A stretch of 64,000 nt of DNA, from contig CAWCKY010000006.1 in the NCBI GenBank assembly GCA_963796275.1, positions 1,248,001 through 1,312,000 of the forward strand. The letters run 5' to 3'. Positions 10,810 through 29,702 of this stretch are shown here, one piece after another; position 1 is the first letter of the stretch; each line of letters starts with the position of its first letter. The notes under the pieces are model-generated. The model made no database searches, was not told the origin of the DNA, and saw only the letters and a list, made by a program, of their open reading frames with translations. The stretch is from an uncultured Acidobacteriota bacterium (GTDB lineage: Bacteria > Acidobacteriota > Blastocatellia > RBC074). Made by a program: the position numbers and the translations under genes.

Positions 10810-11301
10810 TGCCGCGTAGCGGCAGAGATGAGTCTAGTCCGGCGTTTCAACGCGCGTTTCAACGCCGGCACCGTCATCCATCGTCGCGTAGCGACGGCGT
10901 GAATGTAGCCGTGGGTTTCAACCAGGTTTCACACCCCTTGTCATTACCCAATCTTTTGCGATTCGCGATCACCGCTTTTCGCCCTGGTAAGGGCGGGGGA
11001 TATTAGCCGGTGGTGGAGCGCTGGTGAAGCGCAGCGGAACCACCGGTAGCCGTAAGTCCTCACATCGCACCCCGGCAGGGGTGCCGGAAGAGGTTCTCTG
11101 AAGTGCGAAATCTTCTTTTCATTGTGCCTGGTCCGGCGCCCCTACCGGGGCGCAAAGGCAATAACGACGGGATGTCCGGTGGTTTCGCTTCGCTACACCA
11201 CCGGCTAATATCCCGCTGCGCCTCCGGCGCAAAACCGAAAAGTTTGAGCAATGACAAGGCCTTGAAACGCCGGGCTACATCCATAGCGTCGCGACGCGGC
11301 G
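10810..11301. repeat. REP/REPIN-like cluster with outer arms cgtcgcgtagcgacg...gtagcc..tttcaa / ttgaaa..ggctac...cgtcgcgacgcggcg
   Basis: Arms at 10882-10921 and 11262-11301 are near reverse complements; an extra half-unit lies at 10810-10870. Confidence 0.75.
10936..11259. mobile_element. 324-bp MITE-like element with ~22-bp terminal inverted repeats, containing an internal REPIN
   Basis: Left ccttgtcattacccaatctttt versus reverse complement of right ccttgtcattgctcaaactttt (19/22). Internal arms gggatattagccggtggt / accaccggctaatatccc and cgcaccccggcaggggtgccgga / tccggcgcccctaccggggcg. Confidence 0.6.
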
Positions 11302-11524
11302 GAAGCGAAGCAAGCAATCTTTGTAAAATCGATTGCCTGAAGCTCAATAAGAAATAAATCCAACTCATTACCCCGAGAGTTGAAAAGATAGTTAGAGGTG
11401 GAGCTCAGCGTAAACCCCTGGTGGATATGTCATATTGATCTGCATCCTCAGAGGATGCGAGAGGTTGAGTAGTAATAGGGATACTTAAAAATCAGAACAC
11501 AACCCTGATTTTAAAATTTTTGGC

Positions 11525-11553
11525 TTGACGTTAAAACAGAAGCTTTATACAAT
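11525..11553 (+). promoter_or_regulatory. Sigma70-type promoter upstream of the subtilase gene
   Basis: TTGACG-17 nt-TACAAT. Confidence 0.6.
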
Positions 11554-11931
11554 CCGCCCCTTCTTGGTATAAAGCCAAATTTGTTGACTTCTTTGATTAG
11601 CGATGTGCCCTTTAACTCACAACTTACCTTTGCATTCAATTCCAGTTTCACTCAGGAACAGTTCCGGGCGCTTCGTGAGATTATCCGGTAAGAAATCTAT
11701 TTATTGCTTTTTACTGAAGTAGTATCACCAGTATCACCAACAAGGCTGCTGTTCGCCTACGTTATTATCAATAGTTAAAAGCAAAACCCCGTTGTTACGG
11801 ATAAGGTAACAACGAGGTTTTGTGACATTACCTCGGCCGCACGCGGCAGCCTCGGATGTCCTGTTTACAAGTGTGCACATCCTAGCTCCAATGACGGCTG
11901 AGATCAACCTGACTTAAAGGAGCTATTCCCC

Positions 11932-12428
11932 ATGTTCCGTATTGTCCGCCTCGCTGCCTCTCGTCTCGTCCTGTCAATTCTATTCTCATTCAGTCTGATT
12001 TACGGTCCGGTCATCTCGCTCAGATCAGTGAGCGCGGAAAAACCCGTCCCGATCAAGCCCTCAAGCAAAGCCCAACAAGTGACCACGCATCACAAGGAGG
12101 GCGAGATAATCATCAAATTCAAACAGGACGCGCCGCAGTCGCTGCGCGATCTGGTCGTCCAGACCTATGCCAGCAGCGAGAAGCAGTCGCGCGGGCGCGG
12201 CAAATTCAGCACGCTGCGGATCAAGGACGGGCTCGATCTGAGCGATACCATCTTCAACCTCAAGCAGATGGATGCGATCATCGAGTACGCCGAGCCGAAC
12301 TACGTCATCACTCGTACCGGCGATATCAAGAAGATGAATCATCCCGGACGCTCAAAGCGGGCTTCAAAAATTCCGAACGATTCCAGATTCGGCTCTCAGT
12401 GGGCGCTCTCAAACACGGGCCAGAACTA
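11932..12428 (+). pseudogene. Secreted S8 subtilase, N-terminal fragment (signal peptide, prodomain, start of mature domain), truncated by IS3 element
   Basis: AAGGAG RBS; EGEIIIKFK...EYAEPNY prodomain; PNDSRFGSQWALSNTGQN then reads into the IS left end (stop at 12456). No catalytic D/H/S motifs follow. Confidence 0.8.
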
Positions 12429-12492
12429 TGATACTCCCCAGAATTTAGACCACTGAATAAGGTGTAAAATCGCTGCTGATCATGGGGGCACG

Positions 12493-12786
12493 ATGAAAAC
12501 GAGGCAGCGAAAAACTTATACCACGGAATTCAAGGTGAAAATTGCTCTGGAAGCGATCAAAGGGCAGCGGACAATCAATGAAATCGCCACCCACTACCGC
12601 GTTCATCCGAACCAAGTCACGCAGTGGAAAAAACAGGCGATTGAGAGTTTGCCCGATGTCTTCTCAACCAAGCGGGAACGCAAAGGCGAAGAAGAAGAAT
12701 CTCTGAAAGCAGAACTCTACCAGCAGATCGGTCAGCTCAAAGTCGAGCTCGACCGGCTCAAAAAAAAAGCTGGACTGCTCGATTGA
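12493..12786 (+). CDS. IS3 transposase OrfA (HTH)
   Basis: RKTYTTEFKVKIALEA..HPNQVTQWKK..LYQQIGQLKVELD; ends at an A9 run. Confidence 0.92.
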   Translation: MKTRQRKTYTTEFKVKIALEAIKGQRTINEIATHYRVHPNQVTQWKKQAIESLPDVFSTKRERKGEEEESLKAELYQQIGQLKVELDRLKKKAGLLD

Positions 12787-12799
12787 GCGCAAGCGCCAA

Positions 12800-13609
12800 A
12801 TGATCGAACCAGAAAACGGTGTGATCAGCGTCCGTCGTCAATGCGATCTGATCGGGCTCTCTCGCGCCAGCCTCTATTATGAGCCGGTGGAAGAGAGTGA
12901 ATATAACCTGCTCTTGATGCGCCTGCTGGATGAACAATATACACGAACGCCGTTTTATGGCGTCTTGAAAATGACGGCCTGGCTGCGCGAACAATGCTAC
13001 CTGGTCAATGAGAAGCGAGTGCGCCGCTTGCTGCGCTTGATGGGATTGGAAGCGATCTATCCCAAACCGCGGCTCTCGCTGGTAGCGCCGGGCCATCAGA
13101 TTTATCCGTATTTGCTGCGCGGGGTGAAGGTCGAACGAGTCAATCAAGTATGGAGCTCCGACATTACGTATGTGCGCCTACTTGGCGGATTTGTTTATCT
13201 GGTCGCGATCATCGACTGGTACTCACGCTATGTGCTCAGTTGGGAGGTCTCGACGACGATGGAGAGTGACTTTTGTCTGAGCGCCTTGAATCGATCGCTG
13301 CAAGTGGCGAAGCCAGAGATCTTTAATACTGATCAGGGATCGCAATTCACGAGTTGCGCTTTCACTAGAATTCTCAAAGAGCATGAAATCGCCATCAGTA
13401 TGGATGGGCGAGGCCGAGCATTGGACAATATCTTTGTTGAGCGGCTTTGGCGCAGCGTGAAGTACGAAGAGGTCTACTTGCACGATTACGAAACCGTTCC
13501 TGACGCCATCAAAGGCTTAAGAAAGTACTTCGAGTTCTACAACCATGAGCGGCTTCATCAGTCGCTCGATTACAAAACTCCGGAGACCATTTACCGTCTC
13601 ACGGCTTGA
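12800..13609 (+). CDS. IS3 transposase OrfB (rve DDE integrase core)
   Basis: WSSDITY, IIDWYSR, NTDQGSQFT, DNIFVERLWRSVKYE, YNHERLHQSL. Confidence 0.95.
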   Translation: MIEPENGVISVRRQCDLIGLSRASLYYEPVEESEYNLLLMRLLDEQYTRTPFYGVLKMTAWLREQCYLVNEKRVRRLLRLMGLEAIYPKPRLSLVAPGHQIYPYLLRGVKVERVNQVWSSDITYVRLLGGFVYLVAIIDWYSRYVLSWEVSTTMESDFCLSALNRSLQVAKPEIFNTDQGSQFTSCAFTRILKEHEIAISMDGRGRALDNIFVERLWRSVKYEEVYLHDYETVPDAIKGLRKYFEFYNHERLHQSLDYKTPETIYRLTA

Positions 13610-13965
13610 AAATCAGACCAGCAGCGACCACCTTAATTTCGCCGATTTTTGGTCTTGACAATGGGGAGTACCATACTTCATCCGCGGAGCGCAACACCTT
13701 GAATGAAAAACAACGAGTTATAATCTTTTGTCGGATTCCAGTCGGAGAAGGACGTACAGCACTGTCATTTGCTGACCAGCTGCGTTGTGATCGCGTCCAA
13801 CCAAGGTGATTACTATGGGTGATTGTCTCTCGCGGATGCAGTGTGGATGTTCATCAGCCTGATCGTTTAGCTTGTACGCTGACCGGAGAAGCTGATGGGC
13901 TTGCCGCGCAAATAGGGTCAAAATTTTTTCAGCTTGGTGATAAGCTAAAACAGTGGAGAGTAAGC

Positions 13966-14343
13966 ATGAAAAACAAATACTTACACATACTAGTAATATT
14001 TTTTTTACTGGCAACGGTGAATGAGCTATATCGACCTTGGGTTTATGTGAACATATCCAATTCGGAAAAGTGGCCGGCAGGATACCATATAATTGGTTAT
14101 AAGCCAGAGATTAAATCAACCTCCGAAATAAATATGATGTTTGGTAGGAATGGCAGGAAGGTCGATTTTGGCATCCAGTATAATTATACTAGATTGTATC
14201 TGCAAAGAGCGTCCATTCTCGCGCTCTTTTTAACAGTTCTATTGTGTTTTGGCCCACGTAATAAGGCATTCAGGCTACTTGCGATTGCACCATCAACATT
14301 ATTTCTTTATCTTATATATTTGCTTTTAATAACCATTAGATAA
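13966..14343 (+). CDS. Low-GC hypothetical membrane protein (125 aa)
   Basis: GGAGAG upstream of ATG at 13966; N-terminal and two C-terminal hydrophobic helices; visibly AT-rich. Confidence 0.55.
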   Translation: MKNKYLHILVIFFLLATVNELYRPWVYVNISNSEKWPAGYHIIGYKPEIKSTSEINMMFGRNGRKVDFGIQYNYTRLYLQRASILALFLTVLLCFGPRNKAFRLLAIAPSTLFLYLIYLLLITIR

Positions 14344-14476
14344 TGGTCCTCTTGACAGATGTTTCTATGGACATAGAGTAGCCGGGTGAATTCTATGTAT
14401 CTCTAATGCATTTGAAAATCAAAAGAAAGCTTCGTCTGCCTGAACGGAGCAGGGAAGCCGCCATTGTGTATATTAT

Positions 14477-16219
14477 CTAAAGTATTCTCTCACCCGCCTC
14501 ACCTGGCTCAACCAACACGGTCTTGAAAGACGACAGCCGCACCTGACCCGGCGCGAACCCTTTCATCTTCGTCACGAACTTACGCTCGCAGTAATTGACC
14601 GCGACTTTCGCATTGCCTTTCGCCTGGCTGAATTTCGCCGCAAGTTGCGCCGCTTCGGTCACCGCACGAGCGGGCACCTGTTTGCGCTGCGGGTTTCGCA
14701 GCACGACGTGCGAGCCCGGATAATCAGCTGCGTGAAGCCAGAGATCGTATGATTTCGCAATACGGAAGGTGAGATTGTCGTTGTCGCGGTCCGCGCGGCC
14801 GACCAGAATTTCATACCCATCGGATGAGCGATATCGCCGCACCCCAGGCATTCTCTCGACTTTCGCCCTCCCAGCCCCTTCCGAGGGTTTCTTGACCTGA
14901 TCCGTCGATATAGCCGGCAACCCGATCTGCGAGCTCAGGGCCGTCAAATCTTCTACTCGAGCGATTGAATCGATCTTTGTTCGCTGAGCCTCAAGCGCGA
15001 ACAGCTCGCGCTCGATCTCGGGCAGCCGCTTGTCGATCATCTCCCGCCCATTCCGCGCCTTGCGAGCGAGCTTGAAGTAATGCTCGGCGGCCTCCTGCGG
15101 CGTCGCTTTGTTCGCCGAAGGAATTTCGATGGTTGGTTGCGCGGCGTCATAGAAATCGGTGACAGCAAAACCGGATCCCGATCCGACTTTTTAGCTTGAT
15201 GAAGATTGGCGAGCAGCAATTCACCGTAGCGTCGATATATATCGGCATTCGAGAAGCTCTCCAGTTCTCGCCGCAGATTCGCTATCAGTGAGCGATGTTT
15301 TTTGATTTTCGATGAAAGGTGAGAGATGAGTCTCTGTTTGAGGGCTATAAACCGCCTACGCTCGTCAACCAGCGAAAAATAGGCATCGGCAGCTTCGTTG
15401 ACCGTCGGGTAGTCTGTGCGGACGTAGGTGGCGAGATGATCGAGCGCTACCGGCGAGATTATCAACTCGATATCTTCTCCCATATTCTTGAGCCGATCGA
15501 TCGATTGCGATGAATAGATTGCCGGAGACGGTTTTGATTCGAAAAGACTCTCCAGCAATTTTTGCAGGGCTTCGGATGGTGCCTGCCCCTGCCCCTGCCC
15601 GGCGCGGAACGCAAGCTCCCTGGCATAGACCGTTGAGAAACCGATCAAATGCTACTGCGCTACCGCCGCGAGGTCAGCAGTGTTCGCTGTGATCAGCTCT
15701 TCGAGTTTTTCGGCGGAGCAGAGAAAGGGATCGAGCTTATTGGACGGCGGCGCCGGATCGGTGTATGCAGTCAGCGTTTCATCGCGCTCGCGCAGGGATG
15801 CGATAACCCGCGATTCCTCGAGCAGCAGGATATTGGCGGTGCGGCCCGTGAGCAATCACCGCCATAGTCAACCGATTCTTCTGCCCGCCTTCATCTTCCG
15901 CGGCGAATTCGAATTTTACGACGCGGTCATAGCCGAGCTTCTCAAGCGCTACGATCCGCGCGTTACCCAGATGCTTTTTGAGATGAGCGACGAAGGCGGT
16001 ATCGGATCGCGGCGATTCGCCGGTCTGTTTGGGGGAGCGGGCAGTTAAGTAGAGCGCGAGTCTGTTCGGGTCTGTTGAAATCGCCAGCCATCTCCCGTCG
16101 CGGAGATTGATATCGATCATCAGGCCGGTGGCGCCGAACTGATAGACTCTACCGACCCGCCGGCCTACGAGAAGCGGTTCAATCTCGGTGGCGATGGCTT
16201 GCAGCAAAAAGTTGTCCAT
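14477..16219 (-). CDS. rqcH: Rqc2/RqcH (FbpA, NFACT family) ribosome quality-control protein, split by several frameshifts
   Basis: MDNFLLQAI..GYDRVV (NFACT-N), YGELLLANLH, and C-terminal NFACT-R ILVGR...NDNLT...DLWLHA..PGSHVV...AAQLAA, spread over 4 frames. Confidence 0.85.
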
Positions 16220-16298
16220 TTCCCTTCGATTTTAGACAAGCTGGTCAACTTTCTGCCACTCATCCCCACCTTTGGTTTTTTTTGTTGAATCTTCCCGG

Positions 16299-17552
16299 CT
16301 ATTCTTCGAGCGGTGAGGTCCCGGAGACCAGGTCGGGTAGACTGAGACGCCGCCCGTTCAAGCGCATCGCAAGTATATTGAGAGGAGGACATACAAATGC
16401 GATGGTTGCAGCCAGTGCGCGGATAAACTTCTGCCCGCGCGAAATCGGTTGGTCTTCATCATCATTCCTGACCAGGCGCATCCTGAGCACCGCCATACCG
16501 CAGGTGCGTTCAGCGATAAATAATGATACCGCCTGATAGAGGAATGTGATCGCCGCGAGCAAAATAAATAATATGATGGAATCTTCTCTGCCCAGCGATT
16601 TATTCAACGATACATACGCCGCAAAAATGGGCAGATATCCCGTCGCAATCAATTCGAAATCACACGCGCCCGCCAGCGTTCGAACCCAAAGCGATGGCGA
16701 ATTCGACTCCTGGTCAGCCTCTTCTTCTATGAGCAGTTGGGGTATTTCGATGATCTGCGTCTTGATATGCTTTCTGGTCCGTATAATCGTCGGCTTTGCG
16801 TAAACTTTGCGATGGTCACGCTCCGAATAGCGCGGCTGCGTCGCCGGCGGCGTCGCTTCCGTGCGCGCTCTCCCGAGCGGCGTAATGACATTTTGATTGG
16901 TCTGGTTCCTGGATTCCTGCTTTACCTTGAGTTCTGTTACGTTCCTCTGCGCGCGCATCCTGGGCTCTGGCTGAGCAGCCTCAGCCTCGGGCTTCGTTCC
17001 CGCTACTTTAGCTGCTGGCTTGGCCTCCGGAGTCGGCTTAATCGCCCGATCGGGCTCTATCTCGTTGACGAGGGCAGCGGCAAGTGCGTTGCTTCTGGCG
17101 GGCCTCGTCGTTGCAGGAGACCCACGCTGTATACGGTTGAGCGCAGCCGCAACGATCGGATTGGGATGATTGGAGTCGCCCGCGTTACCGCCATCAGATG
17201 TTCGCCCGCTGATCCGCCGCTCCCGAGCTTCTCGCACCTTCTCCTTCAGTTGTGCGCGCCATGGTGGGTGTACTGCCACCTCGGCCCCTGACCCACCTCC
17301 AGTGGCGGTTCTCTGCGGTTGTTTCGCCTCCGATAGAACCGGGAATTGAAGCAGATTTGTCTCGGAATCAGCGCTTTGATTTGGTTGACGGCTGGGTGAT
17401 GCAGTCGTTGTTGTCCCTACAGCGCCCTCGACCTGAGCTACTGCGCGCTTGGCTTTCCAGGCGCTAACCCGCTGCATCGCATTGTTGTGCTTACACGCCC
17501 GACAAACTATCGTCGAGCCATTTAATTCAATCCCACACTTCTCACATTTCAT
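16299..17552 (-). CDS. RDD family membrane protein with N-terminal zinc ribbon and long low-complexity linker
   Basis: CEKC...CRAC at the N-terminus; C-terminal RTLAGACD...RTCGM...LPDLVSGT RDD motif. Confidence 0.75.
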   Translation of the reverse strand: MKCEKCGIELNGSTIVCRACKHNNAMQRVSAWKAKRAVAQVEGAVGTTTTASPSRQPNQSADSETNLLQFPVLSEAKQPQRTATGGGSGAEVAVHPPWRAQLKEKVREARERRISGRTSDGGNAGDSNHPNPIVAAALNRIQRGSPATTRPARSNALAAALVNEIEPDRAIKPTPEAKPAAKVAGTKPEAEAAQPEPRMRAQRNVTELKVKQESRNQTNQNVITPLGRARTEATPPATQPRYSERDHRKVYAKPTIIRTRKHIKTQIIEIPQLLIEEEADQESNSPSLWVRTLAGACDFELIATGYLPIFAAYVSLNKSLGREDSIILFILLAAITFLYQAVSLFIAERTCGMAVLRMRLVRNDDEDQPISRGQKFIRALAATIAFVCPPLNILAMRLNGRRLSLPDLVSGTSPLEE

Positions 17553-17791
17553 GTTAGTTTATGGTTTTTAATTATTAGTTGTTTTGTTTGTGAAAGCGAA
17601 GCGATAGTAGCAGAAGTTCAAGAAAATGGTCAAGAATTTATTGTGATCTTATGCTAAATGCGGGACTTGTAGTCACACATGGCAGCAGGGAAGAGGGGAA
17701 TTTTTAACAAGATAAATTCAATAAAGTGGGAGAAAGCAGATATTTTGTAATAGATTGTGCTAATTTGAGCTTGTTGGTAACCCTTCCAAAT

Positions 17792-17823
17792 AAAAAAGCC
17801 GCGCCGGAATCAACGGCGCGGCT
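17792..17823 (-). terminator. Rho-independent terminator of rpoBC
   Basis: Minus strand gccgcgccg-ttgattc-cggcgcggc followed by T6. Confidence 0.85.
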
Positions 17824-17851
17824 ATCAAAATAAGCGTGAGAGGAAAGAACC

Positions 17852-26666
<8,815 letters not shown>

Positions 26667-26785
26667 CTCCGCTCAATCTGAAATGACGAATAGGCGGCCA
26701 GGGACAACAATTCCCCTCGCCGCCCGCTTCGCGGTTGATTTGCTCTTTTTGTATTTGAAATTTGCCGATGCTCGATAACCCTGCA

Positions 26786-26814
26786 AGTATATGGAAAACT
26801 TTCCACGCTGTAAA
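26786..26814 (-). promoter_or_regulatory. Probable internal sigma70 promoter for rpoBC with a palindromic spacer
   Basis: Minus strand TTTACA-17 nt-TATACT; the spacer contains the inverted repeat TGGAAA-ac-TTTCCA. Confidence 0.55.
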
Positions 26815-26849
26815 GCGAAGACCTATTTTATCCAATTTGTCAAGGGCGG

Positions 26850-27115
26850 AGGTCGGGTAATTGATAATGGATAATTGATAATTGATAATGGAAAAAAGGT
26901 CTTCCATTTATTAATTATCACTATCTGTCGCTGTCAATGATCCATTATCTGTCAACTGTCTATTATCTTTATCTGTTCTTTATATCAATCTATCAATCTA
27001 TCAATCTATAAACGATCAATCATTGATGAATCTATAATCAAGCAATCAATGATCGGTCGGTAATTGATAATGGAAGTTGGGACTTCCATTATCAATTATC
27101 AATTTTCCATAAACC
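26850..27115. repeat. Two related ATTGATA-type heptamer hairpins flanking low-complexity repeats, between rplL and rpoB
   Basis: taattgataatggataattgataattgataatggaa..ttccatttattaattatca (~26858-26920) and taattgataatggaag-ttggga-cttccattatcaattatcaatt (~27061-27110); (atcaatct)3 between them. Confidence 0.8.
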
Positions 27116-27116
27116 A

Positions 27117-27500
27117 TTATTTCAGCTCGACGGTCGCACCAGCGTCCGTAAGTTGCTTTTTCATCTTCTCGGCGTCTTCTTTGGATACTCCCTCTTTAAC
27201 AGGTTTGGGAGCGCCATCGACCAGGTCCTTGGCCTCTTTCAGGCCGAGGCCGGTCAGTTCTCGGACGACTTTGATAACATTGATCTTGTTCGTTCCGATC
27301 GTCGCCAGGATCACATCGAATGTGTCCTTCTCCTCGACCGCCGGGGCCGCAGCCGCGCCAGGCATGCCGCCCATAAAGACGGGAGCCGACGCTGCCGCTG
27401 CCGAAACGCCAAATTTATCTTCGAGCGCCTTCACCAATTCCGATGCTTCCAACAAGGTGAGGGTGCCGATGGTATCAACAAGGTTCTGAATATCTGCCAT
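27117..27500 (-). CDS. rplL: 50S ribosomal protein L7/L12
   Basis: [44 protein letters not shown]; GGAGG RBS. Confidence 0.98.
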   Translation of the reverse strand: MADIQNLVDTIGTLTLLEASELVKALEDKFGVSAAAASAPVFMGGMPGAAAAPAVEEKDTFDVILATIGTNKINVIKVVRELTGLGLKEAKDLVDGAPKPVKEGVSKEDAEKMKKQLTDAGATVELK

Positions 27501-27650
27501 GACTATTACTATTCCTCCAAAACGCGAATCAATTCCGGTTAACAATTACGCCGTTTTCTCGAAATGGCGCTCCCAATCGACCTTCACGGGCATCACTCCG
27601 TTGCCGGTCTATGGTGATGAATGGCCGTGCACTGACAATGCAACAAGGCC

Positions 27651-27760
27651 ATTTCATTGTTCATTATTCATTTTACATTTGTCATTGATTGCATCATTCA
27701 GAGACGGATATGAGAGACGAATAAATGACAAATGTAAATGAACAATGAACAATGACAAAT
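27651..27760. repeat. Heptamer inverted-repeat hairpin (ATTTGTC/ATTGTTC type) immediately after the rplJ stop
   Basis: atttcattgttcattattcattttacatttgtcatt ... aatgacaaatgtaaatgaacaatgaacaatgacaaat. Confidence 0.85.
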
Positions 27761-27762
27761 AC

Positions 27763-28293
27763 CTAGCTCTCTGTCTGCTCTTTCTGTTTCGCGATCTCGT
27801 TGATGACCACGACCAGATTGCGGGGTACTTCGTTGAGTACCGTCGCCAGCCGTTGAGCCTGCGCATTGAGCACAAACATAAGTTTGCTCACGAGCTCTTC
27901 CTTCGACGGCATCTTGGCGAGCGCTTCGATATCCTTGACCTTGATGACGCGGCCCTCAACGATTCCCGCCTTGAATTTGAGCTGCGCATTATCTTTTGCG
28001 AAATTACTCAGGACTTTAGCCAGACCGACCGGGTCCGTATCGCTATAGGCGATGGCGGTCATCCCGATGAAATGCTCCTTCAGCGGCTCGAGCGGCGTTC
28101 CTTCCACGGCGATCCGGCATAGCGTGTTCTTCACCACGCGATAGTTCAAATCCGCCTGGCTCAAAGCTCTGCGTAATTCCCAGTCTTTCACCACCGGCAG
28201 TCCCTGGAAATTCACGATGAGAGCATTGTCGGTCTTGCTGAAATCTTCTTTCAATACCGCAATATCTTGTTCTTTCTCTTGTCTTGTTTTCAT
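27763..28293 (-). CDS. rplJ: 50S ribosomal protein L10
   Basis: [29 protein letters not shown]; synteny. Confidence 0.97.
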   Translation of the reverse strand: MKTRQEKEQDIAVLKEDFSKTDNALIVNFQGLPVVKDWELRRALSQADLNYRVVKNTLCRIAVEGTPLEPLKEHFIGMTAIAYSDTDPVGLAKVLSNFAKDNAQLKFKAGIVEGRVIKVKDIEALAKMPSKEELVSKLMFVLNAQAQRLATVLNEVPRNLVVVINEIAKQKEQTES

Positions 28294-28347
28294 GACTGAT
28301 CTCTATAGTTAAATCGTTTGCCCGTTATCCCCTTTATTACCGCCCCG

Positions 28348-29040
28348 TTATGCCCCGACGGATGCCGGATCGATCAGGATGCCCGGCCCCATGGTCGTCG
28401 CGACATTAACTTTTTTGACGTATTTGCCTTTAGCGGTCGCCGGTTTGGCTTTGATCACCGCGTCGATCAACGCTTTGGCATTTTCGGTAATCTTTTCAGG
28501 AGCGAAAGAGACTTTACCGACGGGAACATGGATCACGCCGGTTTTGTCCACCCGGTACTCAACCTTTCCGGCCTTGGTCTCTCTCACGGCATTCGCGAGG
28601 TCGGGCGTCACCGTGCCAGTCTTCGGGTTGGGCATTAGGCCACGCGGCCCCAGAATCTTGCCCAGCGTTCCGACGGAACGCATTACGTCCGGCGTCGCAA
28701 TCAGGGCATCGAAATTGAGATAGCCACCTTTGATCTTATCGACCAGGTCATCGCCGCCGACCTCATCGGCTCCCGCCTCCTGAGCTTCGCGTTGCTTCTC
28801 GGGCGTGCCTGCGATGACGGCGACGCGTTTCGATTTCCCCAGCCCGTTGGGAAGAACGAGCGTACCGCGCACCAACTGATCAGCCTTGCGCGGGTCGACT
28901 CCGAGGACCATTGTCACTTCGATCGTCTCATCGAACTTGGCGAAGGATATCTTCTTGGCCAGCGAGATGGCGTCGTTCAAAGAATAGAGTTTTCCGACCT
29001 CGACTTGAGCGAGCGCGGCGATAAACTTTTTTCCTGCCAT
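28348..29040 (-). CDS. rplA: 50S ribosomal protein L1
   Basis: [42 protein letters not shown]. Confidence 0.98.
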   Translation of the reverse strand: MAGKKFIAALAQVEVGKLYSLNDAISLAKKISFAKFDETIEVTMVLGVDPRKADQLVRGTLVLPNGLGKSKRVAVIAGTPEKQREAQEAGADEVGGDDLVDKIKGGYLNFDALIATPDVMRSVGTLGKILGPRGLMPNPKTGTVTPDLANAVRETKAGKVEYRVDKTGVIHVPVGKVSFAPEKITENAKALIDAVIKAKPATAKGKYVKKVNVATTMGPGILIDPASVGA

Positions 29041-29189
29041 TAATTATTTTCCTTTCAGGTCTTAACGTGACGGAACCGCCAATGGGGCACCTTCACTCCC
29101 TCTTAAGATATTGCGGATTACAGACTACCGATCACGAATGCTTATTCACTTCTGGGTTTTTGTGGTGAACATTCCGCCGCAATACGCAA

Positions 29190-29613
29190 TCATTTGATCT
29201 CCAACCCCATACTTCTGGCCGTGCCTTCGATGGTACGGATGGCGGATTCGAGATTGGTGGTGTTGAGATCGGGCATCTTCGTCTTCGCAATCTCTTCGAT
29301 CTGATCGCGCGTGATCGTCCCGATCTTCTCCCGGTTAGGTTTCCCAGAGCCCTTTTCTATCTTCGCCGCCTTTTTCAGGAGATCGGCCGCTGGCGGCGTT
29401 TTGGTGTTAAACGTAAACGAACGATCAGCGAATACCGTGATGACAACGGGGATCTTGACATCGGCCCATGTTCGCCGTCTTCGCGTTGAATGCTTTGCAG
29501 AACTCCATGATGTTCACGCCTTGCTGGCCGAGCGCCGGGCCGATCGGCGGCGCCGGATTGGCTTTTCCGGCCGGAACCTGGAGTTTGATATAACCTGTAA
29601 TTTTCTTTGCCAT
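29190..29613 (-). CDS. rplK: 50S ribosomal protein L11 (frameshifted in this assembly)
   Basis: [30 protein letters not shown]; C-terminal KMPDLNT...IEGTARSMG in another frame. Confidence 0.95.
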
Positions 29614-29620
29614 AAATCAA

Positions 29621-29694
29621 TTTTCAGTTTTCAGTTTTTAGTTATCAGTTTTCAATTCGATTCAGAACTGAAAACCGATAACTAAAAACTGAAA
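29621..29694. repeat. Heptamer inverted-repeat hairpin (GTTTTCA type) filling the nusG-rplK spacer
   Basis: ttttcagttttcagtttttagttatcagttttcaattc-gattca-gaactgaaaaccgataactaaaaactgaaa. Confidence 0.88.
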
Positions 29695-29702
29695 TCTGCT
29701 TT

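Larger units (their letters stand above)
12429..13673 (+). mobile_element. IS3-family insertion sequence, 1245 bp
   Basis: TG...CA ends; IRL tgatactccccagaatttagacca versus reverse-complemented IRR tggtactccccattgtcaagacca; orfA plus orfB. Confidence 0.93.
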
